A stretch of 59,301 nt of DNA, from the NCBI GenBank assembly GCA_964398775.1, contig CAYNND010000004.1:1-59301 (forward strand), written 5' to 3'. The notes below the pieces were generated by a model. It was given only the letters and a program-made list of their open reading frames with translations. It did not search any database and had not been told where the DNA came from. Shown in pieces: positions 1 through 8,787 of this stretch (position 1 is the first letter of the stretch; the number at the start of each line of letters is the position of its first letter). The translations under genes and the position numbers were made by a program. Origin of the DNA: an uncultured Candidatus Saccharibacteria bacterium. GTDB lineage: Bacteria > Patescibacteriota > Minisyncoccia > Phycocordibacterales > UBA2100.

Positions 1-1
1 A

Positions 2-286
2 CAAGAGCACCAGCAAGCGATGCGCACGACTTGCACCGCAGCAGGACAACAGCAGGCACCGAGACTCAGTAGTATGTTCACTGGCCTCAAAAATTTGCAG
101 GGTCGCGCACTTGAGCGTGCCTATCTTGAGCACATGATAGTGTATCGACAAGGGGAAGTAGAGATGGCGCGACTTATTGGGAGTAAGACTACATGGCCTG
201 AGATGAGAACCTTTACCTCAAATATAATTATCTCTCACACTCGAGATATCAAGCTGATGAAAGAGTGGCTTGATTTGTGGTTTTAA
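2..286 (+). CDS. DUF305-like protein, C-terminal fragment (5' end off-window)
   Basis: Frame is open from the window edge. LERAYLEHMIVYRQGEVEMA...IISHTRDIKLMKEWLDLWF aligns with the paralog at 8317-8745 (LEKTFLEDMIVHHQGAVDMS...IITAQSREIEMQKQWLTEWF). The HH pair is YR here. Confidence 0.6.
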   Translation, partial: QEHQQAMRTTCTAAGQQQAPRLSSMFTGLKNLQGRALERAYLEHMIVYRQGEVEMARLIGSKTTWPEMRTFTSNIIISHTRDIKLMKEWLDLWF

Positions 287-383
287 AAACATTCTCCGCT
301 TGAGTTGATGCGAAGCAGCAGCTGCTGTGTCCCTGTGTATCCTTGCATTGCAATTTTGCCATTCAGATTTACACTTGTAGCAT

Positions 384-2570
384 ATGAACCTCGCAACACG
401 CATTTTGTCTGCAGCTGTACTTACTACTTTTTTAGGAGCCGCACTTGTATCCGCTCAAAGTGCAACAGAGCTACAAAAACAATTACAAGATGTCTTGCAG
501 CAGATAAATGGTTTGCGTGGGCAACTGACAACAATGGATGGTCCAAAGAATACTGGCTCATGCGTAACGCTCGCACGCACACTTCGTAAAGGTTCACGAG
601 GCGCTGATGTGCGCTCACTCCAGTCATTCCTTGCTGCAGACCCAAATGTGTACCCAGAGGGTGCTATAACAGGTACTTTTGGCCCAGCAACAGAGCGCGC
701 AGTACAGCGATTTCAAGAGCGAAACGGCATCGTGGCCTATGGTGATCCATTCACGACTGGCTTTGGTGTTGTTGGTGCAAAGACACGCGCAGTTATAAAT
801 GCACAGTGTGGAGGCGGTGAGGATGGTACAGGAACACCAGTCAACCCGACAACCGCTGCAAACGTCGTGAGTTTCAACTTCACTCAGCCGGGGGGCAAGG
901 CACCATTCAATGCATTCCTCAACTTCCAGCTGCTTGATGCTGCATGTGTCTCATACAACGTAGATTGGGGAGACAACACTGAGCCATCAAAGTATGAAGC
1001 ATTCCAGAGTACTAATTGCGGCAATGGTATTACATCACGCTCATTGCAACACGAATTTAAAACAGCTGGTAACTACACGGTGACGCTTCGAGCTGCTAAA
1101 GGTCCTTCTACAAATATGCCGATTATCCTGAAGCGAACAGTCGTAGCAGAGAAGGGTGAGCCATATGTAACTATGGTAACTCCAGCTGCAGGTAGTGCGG
1201 TGCGCCTCGGAGAGTACACAAAAATTAAGTGGGACACTGGTAACTACCCATCAGACTCTGCGATAGCATTTTATATGGTTGGTCCTTCACAAACGTACAG
1301 CTTTGCAAAGCGTTCAATGCGTTCACAAGAGTTTGACTGGATAGTGGGTGATCGCGTTTGTGACGGAAACAGCTGTGAAGTGCAGATGCCTGCAGGACAA
1401 TACAAGATTCGCGCAGTGATGTACACACCAGCAGATGGATGTATTGATTTCTGTGGTGCAGATGACACTCCTGCAAAGACAGTCATAACAAGTGAATCTG
1501 CATACTTCCAAGTCACTGGACTCGGCTCAACAGGCGGCACACCAATCACTATCTCAGGTGCTCGTGGTATTGCACCGTATACAGTTAACGTTCACGTCGA
1601 GCTTGCGCCAACATCTACCGCTTCAAACTTTGAAGTAGACTTTGGTGATGGTTCACAGAAGTACACTATCCACGTACCAGTTGGTGAGACACGCGCAACC
1701 GTTCGAGATGTTACTCACACGTACACAAAGACTGGTACATATTCTGTAGCGCTTCGCCCTGCAGGTGCGGTACAGAACATCGGTGTCGCGATGCTTGTCG
1801 TTGAAGCTCCAAAGTTCACTGTACTTCCAAAGGAGGGCGCCCTAGCACCAGCAACTGTCAAAGCAACGTTTGATGTCGATAACAGCTGCGTACCGCAAGG
1901 TTCAAGTGCTGCATCGCGCCGATACACTATCGATTGGGGAGATAACACTGAGACGCAGGTGCATGAAATCACTCCACAGCCATGTAGTAGTGTTGTTCCT
2001 GGTGCGCAATCTATCAGTCAGCAATCATTCTCACATCCATACCTCGAACCTGGCTCACGTACTGTACGCTTGAGTGTCAGTAACGGCACCATCTCATACA
2101 ATGCTTCAAGCACTGTTAACCTCGGCGCGAATGACTTCACCGTCTCACCAAGCTTCTTCACTCAGGCACCATATAACACAAAGGCGAAGTTTAAGGTAGA
2201 CCAGTCATGTTCTGCTTCAGGTGGGGCAACAGCAACATACACAGTTGATTGGGGAGATGGCTCAGCACCTTCAGTACACAGTGTGACACTTGGTGCATGT
2301 TCAAGTACATTCACTCCGACAGTCGCGGATGTTGAGTTGCCACACGTATACGCATCTGCAGTGGGAGATGTTGAAGCAACACTTACTATCCGACGCTCTG
2401 ATGTACCAAATGGTTCAATCATCAAAAAGAAAGGAGTTGGTGTTCACTCAAGTACAACTTCGTTCCTCTGGAGAAGTATCCAATCACTCATAAACGGTGA
2501 TGCAGAAGGTCTTACAGCAAACGCAAATGCCGCTGCGAGTTCCTTCTACCTCTGGGCAAGCGGAAGATAA
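384..2570 (+). CDS. Secreted surface protein: signal peptide, PG_binding_1-like domain, four PKD-like repeats
   Basis: N-terminal hydrophobic signal (LSAAVLTTFLGAALVSAQS). LRKGSRGADVRSLQSFLA...GTFGPATERAVQRFQ fits the peptidoglycan-binding repeat. Four repeats carry the PKD signature (YNVDWGDNTEPS, FEVDFGDGSQKY, YTIDWGDNTETQ, YTVDWGDGSAPS). Confidence 0.75.
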   Translation: MNLATRILSAAVLTTFLGAALVSAQSATELQKQLQDVLQQINGLRGQLTTMDGPKNTGSCVTLARTLRKGSRGADVRSLQSFLAADPNVYPEGAITGTFGPATERAVQRFQERNGIVAYGDPFTTGFGVVGAKTRAVINAQCGGGEDGTGTPVNPTTAANVVSFNFTQPGGKAPFNAFLNFQLLDAACVSYNVDWGDNTEPSKYEAFQSTNCGNGITSRSLQHEFKTAGNYTVTLRAAKGPSTNMPIILKRTVVAEKGEPYVTMVTPAAGSAVRLGEYTKIKWDTGNYPSDSAIAFYMVGPSQTYSFAKRSMRSQEFDWIVGDRVCDGNSCEVQMPAGQYKIRAVMYTPADGCIDFCGADDTPAKTVITSESAYFQVTGLGSTGGTPITISGARGIAPYTVNVHVELAPTSTASNFEVDFGDGSQKYTIHVPVGETRATVRDVTHTYTKTGTYSVALRPAGAVQNIGVAMLVVEAPKFTVLPKEGALAPATVKATFDVDNSCVPQGSSAASRRYTIDWGDNTETQVHEITPQPCSSVVPGAQSISQQSFSHPYLEPGSRTVRLSVSNGTISYNASSTVNLGANDFTVSPSFFTQAPYNTKAKFKVDQSCSASGGATATYTVDWGDGSAPSVHSVTLGACSSTFTPTVADVELPHVYASAVGDVEATLTIRRSDVPNGSIIKKKGVGVHSSTTSFLWRSIQSLINGDAEGLTANANAAASSFYLWASGR

Positions 2571-2588
2571 TTAGAACTTATCAAAAAT

Positions 2589-2608
2589 AAAACCCCATGT
2601 GGGGTTTT
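2589..2608. terminator. Bidirectional intrinsic terminator between convergent genes
   Basis: aaaacccc-atgt-ggggtttt hairpin flanked by A-run and T-run, between the stop at 2570 (+) and the recG stop at 2627 (-). Confidence 0.75.
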
Positions 2609-2626
2609 ATTTTTGTACGTTACTTT

Positions 2627-4783
2627 TTATTCAAAATGAAGCTCAGCGTCGCGCTGCTGCGCACGTGCTTTCAGGAGAGGATAGCGCGAAAGGCTTGGGT
2701 CGGCTGCGACCATACTCTTTGCCTCGGCTCGTGCTGCCTCAACCATTTTTATGTTCTGTATCGCCTCCATGCCAAGGTCGGTGATGCCCCATTGCTTACC
2801 GCCATAGAGCTGACCTGCACCTCGTAACTGGAGGTCATGTTCTGCGAGTTCAAAGCCATTTTTTGCAGTGGTGAGCGCTTTCATGCGTGCTTTTGTTGCG
2901 TCGCCTTTTGAGCCGCTCACGAGGTAACAGTAGGCTTGGTGTGTGCTGCGAATTACACGACCGCGAAGTTGGTGCAGCTGTGAGAGTCCGAAGCGCTCTG
3001 CACCCTCTATCATAATTACTGTCGCATTGGGGACGTTTACTCCGACCTCAACTACTGATGTAGCAACGAGGACATCTATCTGGTGTCGGGCAAATTGCTC
3101 CATCACAGCATCTTTGTCTTTCTGAGACAGCTTGCTATGCAGTGCTCCGAGTCGCCATGCTCGAAACGGTCCTTTTTTGAGCGAGACCATCGTTTCTTCT
3201 ACTGATGCGGCTTGCAGGGCAAACTCTTCTGTTGGGTCTGGTGCATCGATACGCGGACAGATGACATACGCTTGTCGGCCACTTCGCAACTCCCGGTTCA
3301 TCGCATCATAGACCGTAGTTTTTGCATCGGGAGTAATGACTTCAGTGATGATGGGTTTTCTTCCGGGAGGCATAGCATCAAGGAGGGTAAGGTCGAGGTC
3401 GCCATACATAGTGAGTGCGAGTGTGCGCGGGATAGGAGTTGCGGTCATCGAAAGCAAGTGCGGCGCTGCATGTTTTTTGGTGAGTGCCATACGCTGCCGT
3501 GTTCCAAAGCGGTGTTGCTCGTCGATGATAACGAGAGCAAGGTTGCGAAATGCAACCGTCTTTTGAATGAGTGAATGTGTACCTATCAAGATGTGCACAT
3601 CACCATCTTGTGTCGATTTGAGTAATTGCGCACGAGAGAGTGGTGTCGATTTTGACGGGTCGACTTTCGAAGGAAAACGGAGAATAGTATTTGATGTGAG
3701 GAGACCTATCTTAATTGGAAGGTGTTTGAAGTACGTGACAAATGATTCGTACAATTGCCGTGCGAGCACTTCAGTCGGTGCCATATACGCTATCTGAGTA
3801 AACTGATGTGCTTTGCGCGAGTCACGCGACATGATAGCAGCGTAGCTGATTGTCGCAGCAACAGCTGTCTTTCCAGAGCCGACATCACCTTCGAGGAGTC
3901 GAGACATCGGCTCTGTCTTAGCCATATCAGACATTATCGTTTCAATCGCACGCTTTTGTGCATCGGTAAGTGGGAAAGGGAATCGGTCAGTAAATGCTTT
4001 GATGTCATCAAGTGAAAGCTTCACAGGGATTGCCCCTGCTTCTTTTCGCTCAGCACGTCGCACCTGCGCCATGAGTTGTACGGAGAGTACCTCTTCAAAT
4101 GCAAACCGTTTGCGAGCTACAGTTGCGTCATTTTCTTTTTGGGGTGTATGAATATACAAGAGTGCGTCACTGAGTGTCGGTAAATGATACTTCTGTAACA
4201 GCTCAGCGGGGAGTGGGTCAGCAAGTCCTTCAAATAGCTCAGGTGCGAAGACTCGCTTGATGGCATGATGAAACCACAAACTCGTGATGCCTTTTGTTTC
4301 TGGATAGACGGGGGTCATACTCGGATCGGTCACCTCAGCCTGCTCCATGAGGAGTTGTGACTCGGCTGCGGGGAGTGAAGTCAGTGGTTCGGTCTTTGGA
4401 TTTGCAACGTACTTTTTATCAGCAGTGCCAGCTATTTTCCCCGTCAGCTTCATGGGAGCATTGAGGGTCAGCATCTTTGCGATATATGGCTGGTGAAACC
4501 ACATCGTCTTGATTCTGCCACTGCCATCTTCAAACGTTCCTTCAGCTACGGGCACTTTTCGCTTCCACGACTTTTTAATTTCAAGTTTTATAAATTGGCC
4601 ATATAGGGTGACGTCACTCCCAACGGGCGCGTCGGTGATATATGTTCGCGTGCCACCTGCTTCATATCGAGTAGGGAAATGGTAGAGCAAGTCGTGCACT
4701 GTTATGATGCGCAGACGTTTCAGTGCACTCTTTTGTGCGGGTGTTAGCCTAAAATGCTCGGTGATGAGGTCGTGCGTATTCAT
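2627..4783 (-). CDS. recG: ATP-dependent DNA helicase RecG
   Basis: 718 aa from the internal ATG at 4783 (MNTHDLITEHFRL). Has the wedge-domain region, Walker A GDVGSGKTAVAA, IIDEQHRFG and a helicase C-terminal domain. The start overlaps the upstream stop as ATGA. Confidence 0.9.
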   Translation of the reverse strand: MNTHDLITEHFRLTPAQKSALKRLRIITVHDLLYHFPTRYEAGGTRTYITDAPVGSDVTLYGQFIKLEIKKSWKRKVPVAEGTFEDGSGRIKTMWFHQPYIAKMLTLNAPMKLTGKIAGTADKKYVANPKTEPLTSLPAAESQLLMEQAEVTDPSMTPVYPETKGITSLWFHHAIKRVFAPELFEGLADPLPAELLQKYHLPTLSDALLYIHTPQKENDATVARKRFAFEEVLSVQLMAQVRRAERKEAGAIPVKLSLDDIKAFTDRFPFPLTDAQKRAIETIMSDMAKTEPMSRLLEGDVGSGKTAVAATISYAAIMSRDSRKAHQFTQIAYMAPTEVLARQLYESFVTYFKHLPIKIGLLTSNTILRFPSKVDPSKSTPLSRAQLLKSTQDGDVHILIGTHSLIQKTVAFRNLALVIIDEQHRFGTRQRMALTKKHAAPHLLSMTATPIPRTLALTMYGDLDLTLLDAMPPGRKPIITEVITPDAKTTVYDAMNRELRSGRQAYVICPRIDAPDPTEEFALQAASVEETMVSLKKGPFRAWRLGALHSKLSQKDKDAVMEQFARHQIDVLVATSVVEVGVNVPNATVIMIEGAERFGLSQLHQLRGRVIRSTHQAYCYLVSGSKGDATKARMKALTTAKNGFELAEHDLQLRGAGQLYGGKQWGITDLGMEAIQNIKMVEAARAEAKSMVAADPSLSRYPLLKARAQQRDAELHFE

Positions 4784-5283
4784 GGAGTGAGTGTATGAAA
4801 CGTAACTGCACGGGTCTCTGTATTGAGTATTGCGCAGCTTGCGGTGCCGAAGCGCGTTCCACAACATTCGCCCGGGTTGATTACCAGCGCAGTTCCAATC
4901 ATTTCTGCGCGTTGTTTATGATCGTGCCCATGGATAAGTACATCATGTGCACTCACATCTTTAGTAAGCTGTGCTGCAACTACTGCAGGGTAGTGTGTCA
5001 TGCATACCTTCAGACCTCCGATAGTTTCGGTCATGAGTTCGCCGTGATTGTGCACACGGGGGTGGAGTAGTAGTGCTGCTTGAAATATAAGGCGTGGAAC
5101 GTCATTGTTACCCCAGATAGTATGTATCTCGCCCGTGAACGCGCAGAGTTCTGCATATATATGTGGCTCATGTGCATCTCCAGCAAAGAGCAGTACTTCA
5201 CAGTGCTCCTCGTGTCCAATCTCAATAGCCTTTGCAAGTTTGTCCCACTGGTTGTGTACATCAGAGACGATGAGGACGTTCAT
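4780..5283 (-). CDS. YfcE/MJ0936-type metallophosphoesterase
   Basis: MNVLIVSDVHNQ, GDAHEP, GNND and HGHDH motifs in the order typical of calcineurin-like phosphoesterases. Confidence 0.8.
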   Translation of the reverse strand: MNVLIVSDVHNQWDKLAKAIEIGHEEHCEVLLFAGDAHEPHIYAELCAFTGEIHTIWGNNDVPRLIFQAALLLHPRVHNHGELMTETIGGLKVCMTHYPAVVAAQLTKDVSAHDVLIHGHDHKQRAEMIGTALVINPGECCGTRFGTASCAILNTETRAVTFHTLTP

Positions 5284-5318
5284 GGGGTAAGTATACAGTG
5301 TTCTGAGTCAACAAAAAA

Positions 5319-5334
5319 CAGCCCATTCGGGCTG
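5319..5334 (-). terminator. Intrinsic terminator (minus strand)
   Basis: cagccc-attc-gggctg hairpin. On the minus strand it is followed by a T-run (ttttttgtt). It separates the 5358-5681 gene from the phosphoesterase-recG pair. Confidence 0.65.
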
Positions 5335-5357
5335 CTTTTGTTTGATACCTGAGACCT

Positions 5358-5681
5358 TTAGACCGCTGCAGGAGGTACTGCTGCAGTTTTGTTGAGGTAC
5401 TGTTTGATGTAGGCAACTGCTGCCATAGCGATTGCTCCGCCGATACCTGAAGTACCGATATCACCAGCAAGTGCATTGTTACCAAGAAGTCCTGTGACGA
5501 GTGTTGTCACGTCGACATTTCCTCCAGTGAGCATAGGGAGGATTTGTGTGATAATTCCACCGCCAACACCCGCAAGTGAGTTTCCGACAGTACCAAGACT
5601 TTTTTCCTTGAGTGCTGCGCCAGCGGCATTACCACCGGCAGCTCCAGTAACGACTGATACAAGTAATGATGCAATATCCAT
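5358..5681 (-). CDS. Glycine/alanine-rich small hypothetical protein
   Basis: 107-aa ORF with repeated G-x-x-G/AGG stretches (TGAAGGNAAGAAL, AGVGGGIITQ, TSGIGGAIAMAA). No family recognised. Lies downstream of the 5716-6800 module on the same strand. Confidence 0.45.
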   Translation of the reverse strand: MDIASLLVSVVTGAAGGNAAGAALKEKSLGTVGNSLAGVGGGIITQILPMLTGGNVDVTTLVTGLLGNNALAGDIGTSGIGGAIAMAAVAYIKQYLNKTAAVPPAAV

Positions 5682-5715
5682 AAATATTTTTTATTGTATG
5701 TAAGTACCGTACGTA

Positions 5716-6237
5716 TTATACATGCTTACCATTCACGAGCTTCACAAGGAGCGCCTCAAATTCAGTCCACTTTCCATCGCGAGCGAGTGCTGCCTGTTGT
5801 GGCCATGTCTCACAATCGTGCATTGCAAACTGTGATCCGGCTGTATCAAGTATTGCCTTCAAGCGTCCCGGCTGAGCGTCTGCCACTTGTGCAAATGAAG
5901 TGATACCTTCAGCGTTCAGAAGTTTTTCAATTGCAGGTCCGATACCCTCAATTTTCTTGAGGTCATCTTTTGTTGAAGCGGCAACTGGTGCAGCAACTGG
6001 CTTCGGTGCTGGTGCAACTGGTGCAGCTACTGCAGGGGCAACATGCGGTTTTGTTGCAGCAACAGCCTGTGGCGCAGCTTTTGCTTGTGGCTTTTTGTCT
6101 GCGCACTCACAGCAACAGTCAGAGCAGCATGAGCAGTACTTGCGAACAAAGTAACCAAAGAGGAATGCACCAACGAGCATGATAAGTATTTCAAGCAGTG
6201 CAGTCTCTCGTGACAATGGGTTCATAGATGAAAACAT
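5716..6237 (-). CDS. Membrane-anchored helix-hairpin-helix-type protein (module gene B, copy 1)
   Basis: N-terminal TM (LEILIMLVGAFLFGYFV), a Cys cluster (CSCCSDCCCEC), an Ala/Pro linker, then KKIEGIGPAIEKLLNAEGITSFAQVA...TWPQQAALARDGKWTEFEAL. Paralog of 26125-26565. Confidence 0.6.
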   Translation of the reverse strand: MFSSMNPLSRETALLEILIMLVGAFLFGYFVRKYCSCCSDCCCECADKKPQAKAAPQAVAATKPHVAPAVAAPVAPAPKPVAAPVAASTKDDLKKIEGIGPAIEKLLNAEGITSFAQVADAQPGRLKAILDTAGSQFAMHDCETWPQQAALARDGKWTEFEALLVKLVNGKHV

Positions 6238-6245
6238 AAACGTAA

Positions 6246-6800
6246 TTAATTACTGATAACTGATATAACTGCGCGGCGATTCAGCGCTTGGTTCTCTGCA
6301 GTTGTTGCAGGCGCAGCGAGTACATACTGTCCTCGACTAAACGTCTGAATTGCAGCAGGGGATGCACCGTATGTCACGAGCAACTCCTTTACCTTCTCTG
6401 CGCGCTCCTTACCAAGGCGAACAGTGTATGCATCATCACGGTGCACGTTTGTGTGACCAGTGACTGCAATGTGAGCGCTCGGGTGTGCCTGCATGTACGC
6501 AACGACAGCTCGAAGCTTTGGTTCAACGTCCTCAGTGAGTACGTTATCGTTGTTTACGCCAAAGTATACGATGAGTGGATCTTGAGTCAGTGATTCCCAT
6601 GTTCCTTCAGGAGTGACTGGTAGCGGCATGCTTACCACCTGAGGCACCTTCGTTTGTGCAGAACAAACGCCTTTAATAGTACACATATACCAGTACGTAC
6701 TGAGTGCACCCCAGAGGAATGCGGCTCCCAGTACCCATAGACACGGTTTATCTTTCAGCATGTTTACAAGTAAATGGCTAATGCGCAGTAGTTGCGCCAT
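6246..6800 (-). CDS. Membrane-anchored OmpA_C-like peptidoglycan-binding protein (module gene A, copy 1)
   Basis: TM segment ending in YWYMCTIKGVCSAQ. The C-terminal part looks OmpA/MotB-like (VYFGVNNDNV...IAVTGHTNVHRDDAYTVRLGKERAEKVKELL...NRRAVISV). The start could be the internal Met at 6761. Confidence 0.65.
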   Translation of the reverse strand: MAQLLRISHLLVNMLKDKPCLWVLGAAFLWGALSTYWYMCTIKGVCSAQTKVPQVVSMPLPVTPEGTWESLTQDPLIVYFGVNNDNVLTEDVEPKLRAVVAYMQAHPSAHIAVTGHTNVHRDDAYTVRLGKERAEKVKELLVTYGASPAAIQTFSRGQYVLAAPATTAENQALNRRAVISVISN

Positions 6801-6880
6801 ATAAGCTTAGCACCAAACATACTTGACTATTTTTGTATTTGTTTTGTTGCGTTTTTGGGAGATACCGGTAGAGTTGCCTG

Positions 6881-7459
6881 ATGTTTACAGGAATCGTTGA
6901 GCAGAAAGCAACAGTGAAGCGAGTGGCACCAGATGGGCTTGGGCGTAAGGTCACTGTGTCTCGACCACAGGGGTGGAGTTTTAAAGTGGGCGACAGTGTT
7001 TCAGTGCAGGGAGTATGTTCGACTGTCATCAGTCAAAGAAAGGGCGAGTTTGTGGTTGCGTATATGAAGGAAACATTAACCAAAACGACATGCGCACACT
7101 TTAGTGCAGGTACAGTAGTAAACCTTGAGCGCTCGCTGCAGTATGGTGCTCGTGTGCACGGGCACCTTGTGCAGGGTCATGTCAGTAGCCTTGGAAACGT
7201 AACGCATGTTGAAGCAAAGAAGCACCAATGGAACATCACTGTACGTGTAGTCGCAGATGAGCGCCGCTTCCTTGTACCCAAAGGTTCCATAACTGTTGAT
7301 GGAGTGAGTCTCACTATTGCGAAAAAAACAAAAGACGGATGCGTGGTCAGTATCATCCCACATACGGCCGCCGTTACGACACTTGGAGCTCTCAAGAAGG
7401 GTGACAAGGTCAATATTGAGACTGATTTTCTCCTCAGGGCATACCTCATGAAATCGTGA
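6881..7459 (+). CDS. ribE: Riboflavin synthase (alpha chain)
   Basis: MFTGIVEQKATV start and two lumazine-binding repeats (GDSVSVQGVCSTV / GSITVDGVSLTI). Confidence 0.9.
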   Translation: MFTGIVEQKATVKRVAPDGLGRKVTVSRPQGWSFKVGDSVSVQGVCSTVISQRKGEFVVAYMKETLTKTTCAHFSAGTVVNLERSLQYGARVHGHLVQGHVSSLGNVTHVEAKKHQWNITVRVVADERRFLVPKGSITVDGVSLTIAKKTKDGCVVSIIPHTAAVTTLGALKKGDKVNIETDFLLRAYLMKS

Positions 7460-7474
7460 TAGGATACTCCCACT

Positions 7475-7933
7475 ATGAGACGCAACGAAGCAGTGCAAGC
7501 AAAGAAATTACAAGGTCTGACTAAAGTAAAGGTAGGAGTTGTCGTGTCTGACTATAACTACGATGTGACACACGGACTCCTCGCTGGGGCACTTGAAGTG
7601 CTTACCGAAGCTGGTGTGCAAAAAAAGCATATTACTCAAATGCATGTCCCTGGTGGTTTTGAAATTCCACTTGCTTGTCGACGATTGCTCGCGTCAAAAA
7701 AAGTTGACGTAATCATCGCGCTTGGGTGTGTCATAAAAGGGGAGACGAAACATGATGAGTATATTTCAATGTCAGTTGCGCACGCACTTCAGACACTCAT
7801 GATTCAGTACGGTAAGCCTGTATCGTTTGGTGTACTTACCCCAAACACGCTCGAACAAGCACTTGAGCGCTCAAAACCAGGTGCCGGCAATAAAGGCAGG
7901 GAAGCTGCAACCGCAGGACTCTCAATGCTCTAG
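7475..7933 (+). CDS. ribH: 6,7-dimethyl-8-ribityllumazine synthase
   Basis: KVGVVVSDYNYDVTHGLLAGA, VPGGFEIPLA and ALGCVIKGETKHDEYI motifs. Confidence 0.9.
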   Translation: MRRNEAVQAKKLQGLTKVKVGVVVSDYNYDVTHGLLAGALEVLTEAGVQKKHITQMHVPGGFEIPLACRRLLASKKVDVIIALGCVIKGETKHDEYISMSVAHALQTLMIQYGKPVSFGVLTPNTLEQALERSKPGAGNKGREAATAGLSML

Positions 7934-7949
7934 GTGCTATACTAGTGTA

Positions 7950-8276
7950 ATGAAGCGAACACTCCATAGTCGTATCGCTATGCTTTTCATAGTAGTGCTT
8001 GCGGGAGCATATCTCCATTTCTTCGGCATGCTGTTTCTGACGACATCACACTGTGCACATGAGGCTTCAGAACACGCTGAGTGTATAGCAACCATGAGTG
8101 GCTTTTCGGTCCCTGATGCAGCGCCAGTACTCCCTCAGATGAGCGTACTCTTTTTTGTTTTTTCGATACTTGCTGCGCATCTGATATCTACAAAGAAACA
8201 AGCACAGTCGGATACACTCGTGCTGCCTCTTGTCGGACTCTTCCGGCGCGGCATTTTGAATCCAAAAGCACCGTAG
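7950..8276 (+). CDS. Small membrane protein with His/Cys patch
   Basis: Taken from the ATG at 7950 (MKRTLHSRIAMLFIVVLAG); the longer ORF from 7827 overlaps ribH. Two hydrophobic segments flank SHCAHEASEHAEC. Sits directly upstream of the DUF305 gene. Confidence 0.45.
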   Translation: MKRTLHSRIAMLFIVVLAGAYLHFFGMLFLTTSHCAHEASEHAECIATMSGFSVPDAAPVLPQMSVLFFVFSILAAHLISTKKQAQSDTLVLPLVGLFRRGILNPKAP

Positions 8277-8316
8277 CATTCTTCTACAGTTTCTTACAAG
8301 TAGTAACTAAAAAAAC

Positions 8317-8745
8317 ATGGACTATAAAATAGCTACATACGTACTCGGAGCGCTTCTTATTCTGTCTCTTGGATGGCACTACCCAGTGCTCCGACTCTTT
8401 GGTGGTGCAGCACCGATGCAGGGCGGCGCGGGCATGATGCAAGGTGGGATGCATATGATGGGGAATGGCTCAATGATGCGTGACGGCGAGATGATGGGCA
8501 TGCAGGGTATGATGATGGATATGACTGCGCGCCTGAAAGGTAAGTCTGGGGCTGAGCTTGAGAAGACATTCCTTGAAGATATGATTGTGCATCATCAAGG
8601 TGCCGTCGATATGTCAAAGGAATTGCTGAAGGGTACAACTCGTCCTGAGCTAGTGCAGTTTGCAAACGATATCATTACTGCACAAAGCAGGGAGATAGAG
8701 ATGCAGAAGCAATGGCTTACTGAATGGTTTGGCGAAAACCGATAG
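8317..8745 (+). CDS. DUF305-type protein with Met-rich N-terminal region
   Basis: TM/signal, then MQGGAGMMQGGMHMMGNGSMMRDGEMMGMQGMMMDM, then FLEDMIVHHQGAVDMS...ANDIITAQSREIEMQKQWL, typical of DUF305. Confidence 0.7.
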   Translation: MDYKIATYVLGALLILSLGWHYPVLRLFGGAAPMQGGAGMMQGGMHMMGNGSMMRDGEMMGMQGMMMDMTARLKGKSGAELEKTFLEDMIVHHQGAVDMSKELLKGTTRPELVQFANDIITAQSREIEMQKQWLTEWFGENR

Positions 8746-8760
8746 CACATCTATCACAAA

Positions 8761-8782
8761 AAAAGCACCCGATAGGGTGCTT
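8761..8782. terminator. Bidirectional intrinsic terminator
   Basis: aaagcaccc-gata-gggtgcttt hairpin with flanking A-run and T-run, between convergent stops at 8745 and 8788. Confidence 0.75.
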
Positions 8783-8787
8783 TTTTG

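Noticed and set aside
4784-4867. N-terminal extensions of several track ORFs: recG to 4867, 7827-7949, 9771-9818, 23946-24212, 25248-25274, 28958-29020, 33145-33207, 35533-35559, 37575-37649, 44880-44933.
   Set aside because: The extensions overlap upstream genes or terminators. Conserved N-termini (signal peptides, prepilin leaders, PurE/PilT starts) begin at the internal Met codons used in the feature table.
6801-6880. FMN riboswitch upstream of ribE.
   Set aside because: Only about 80 nt are available, and none of the conserved RFN element helices or strings are visible.
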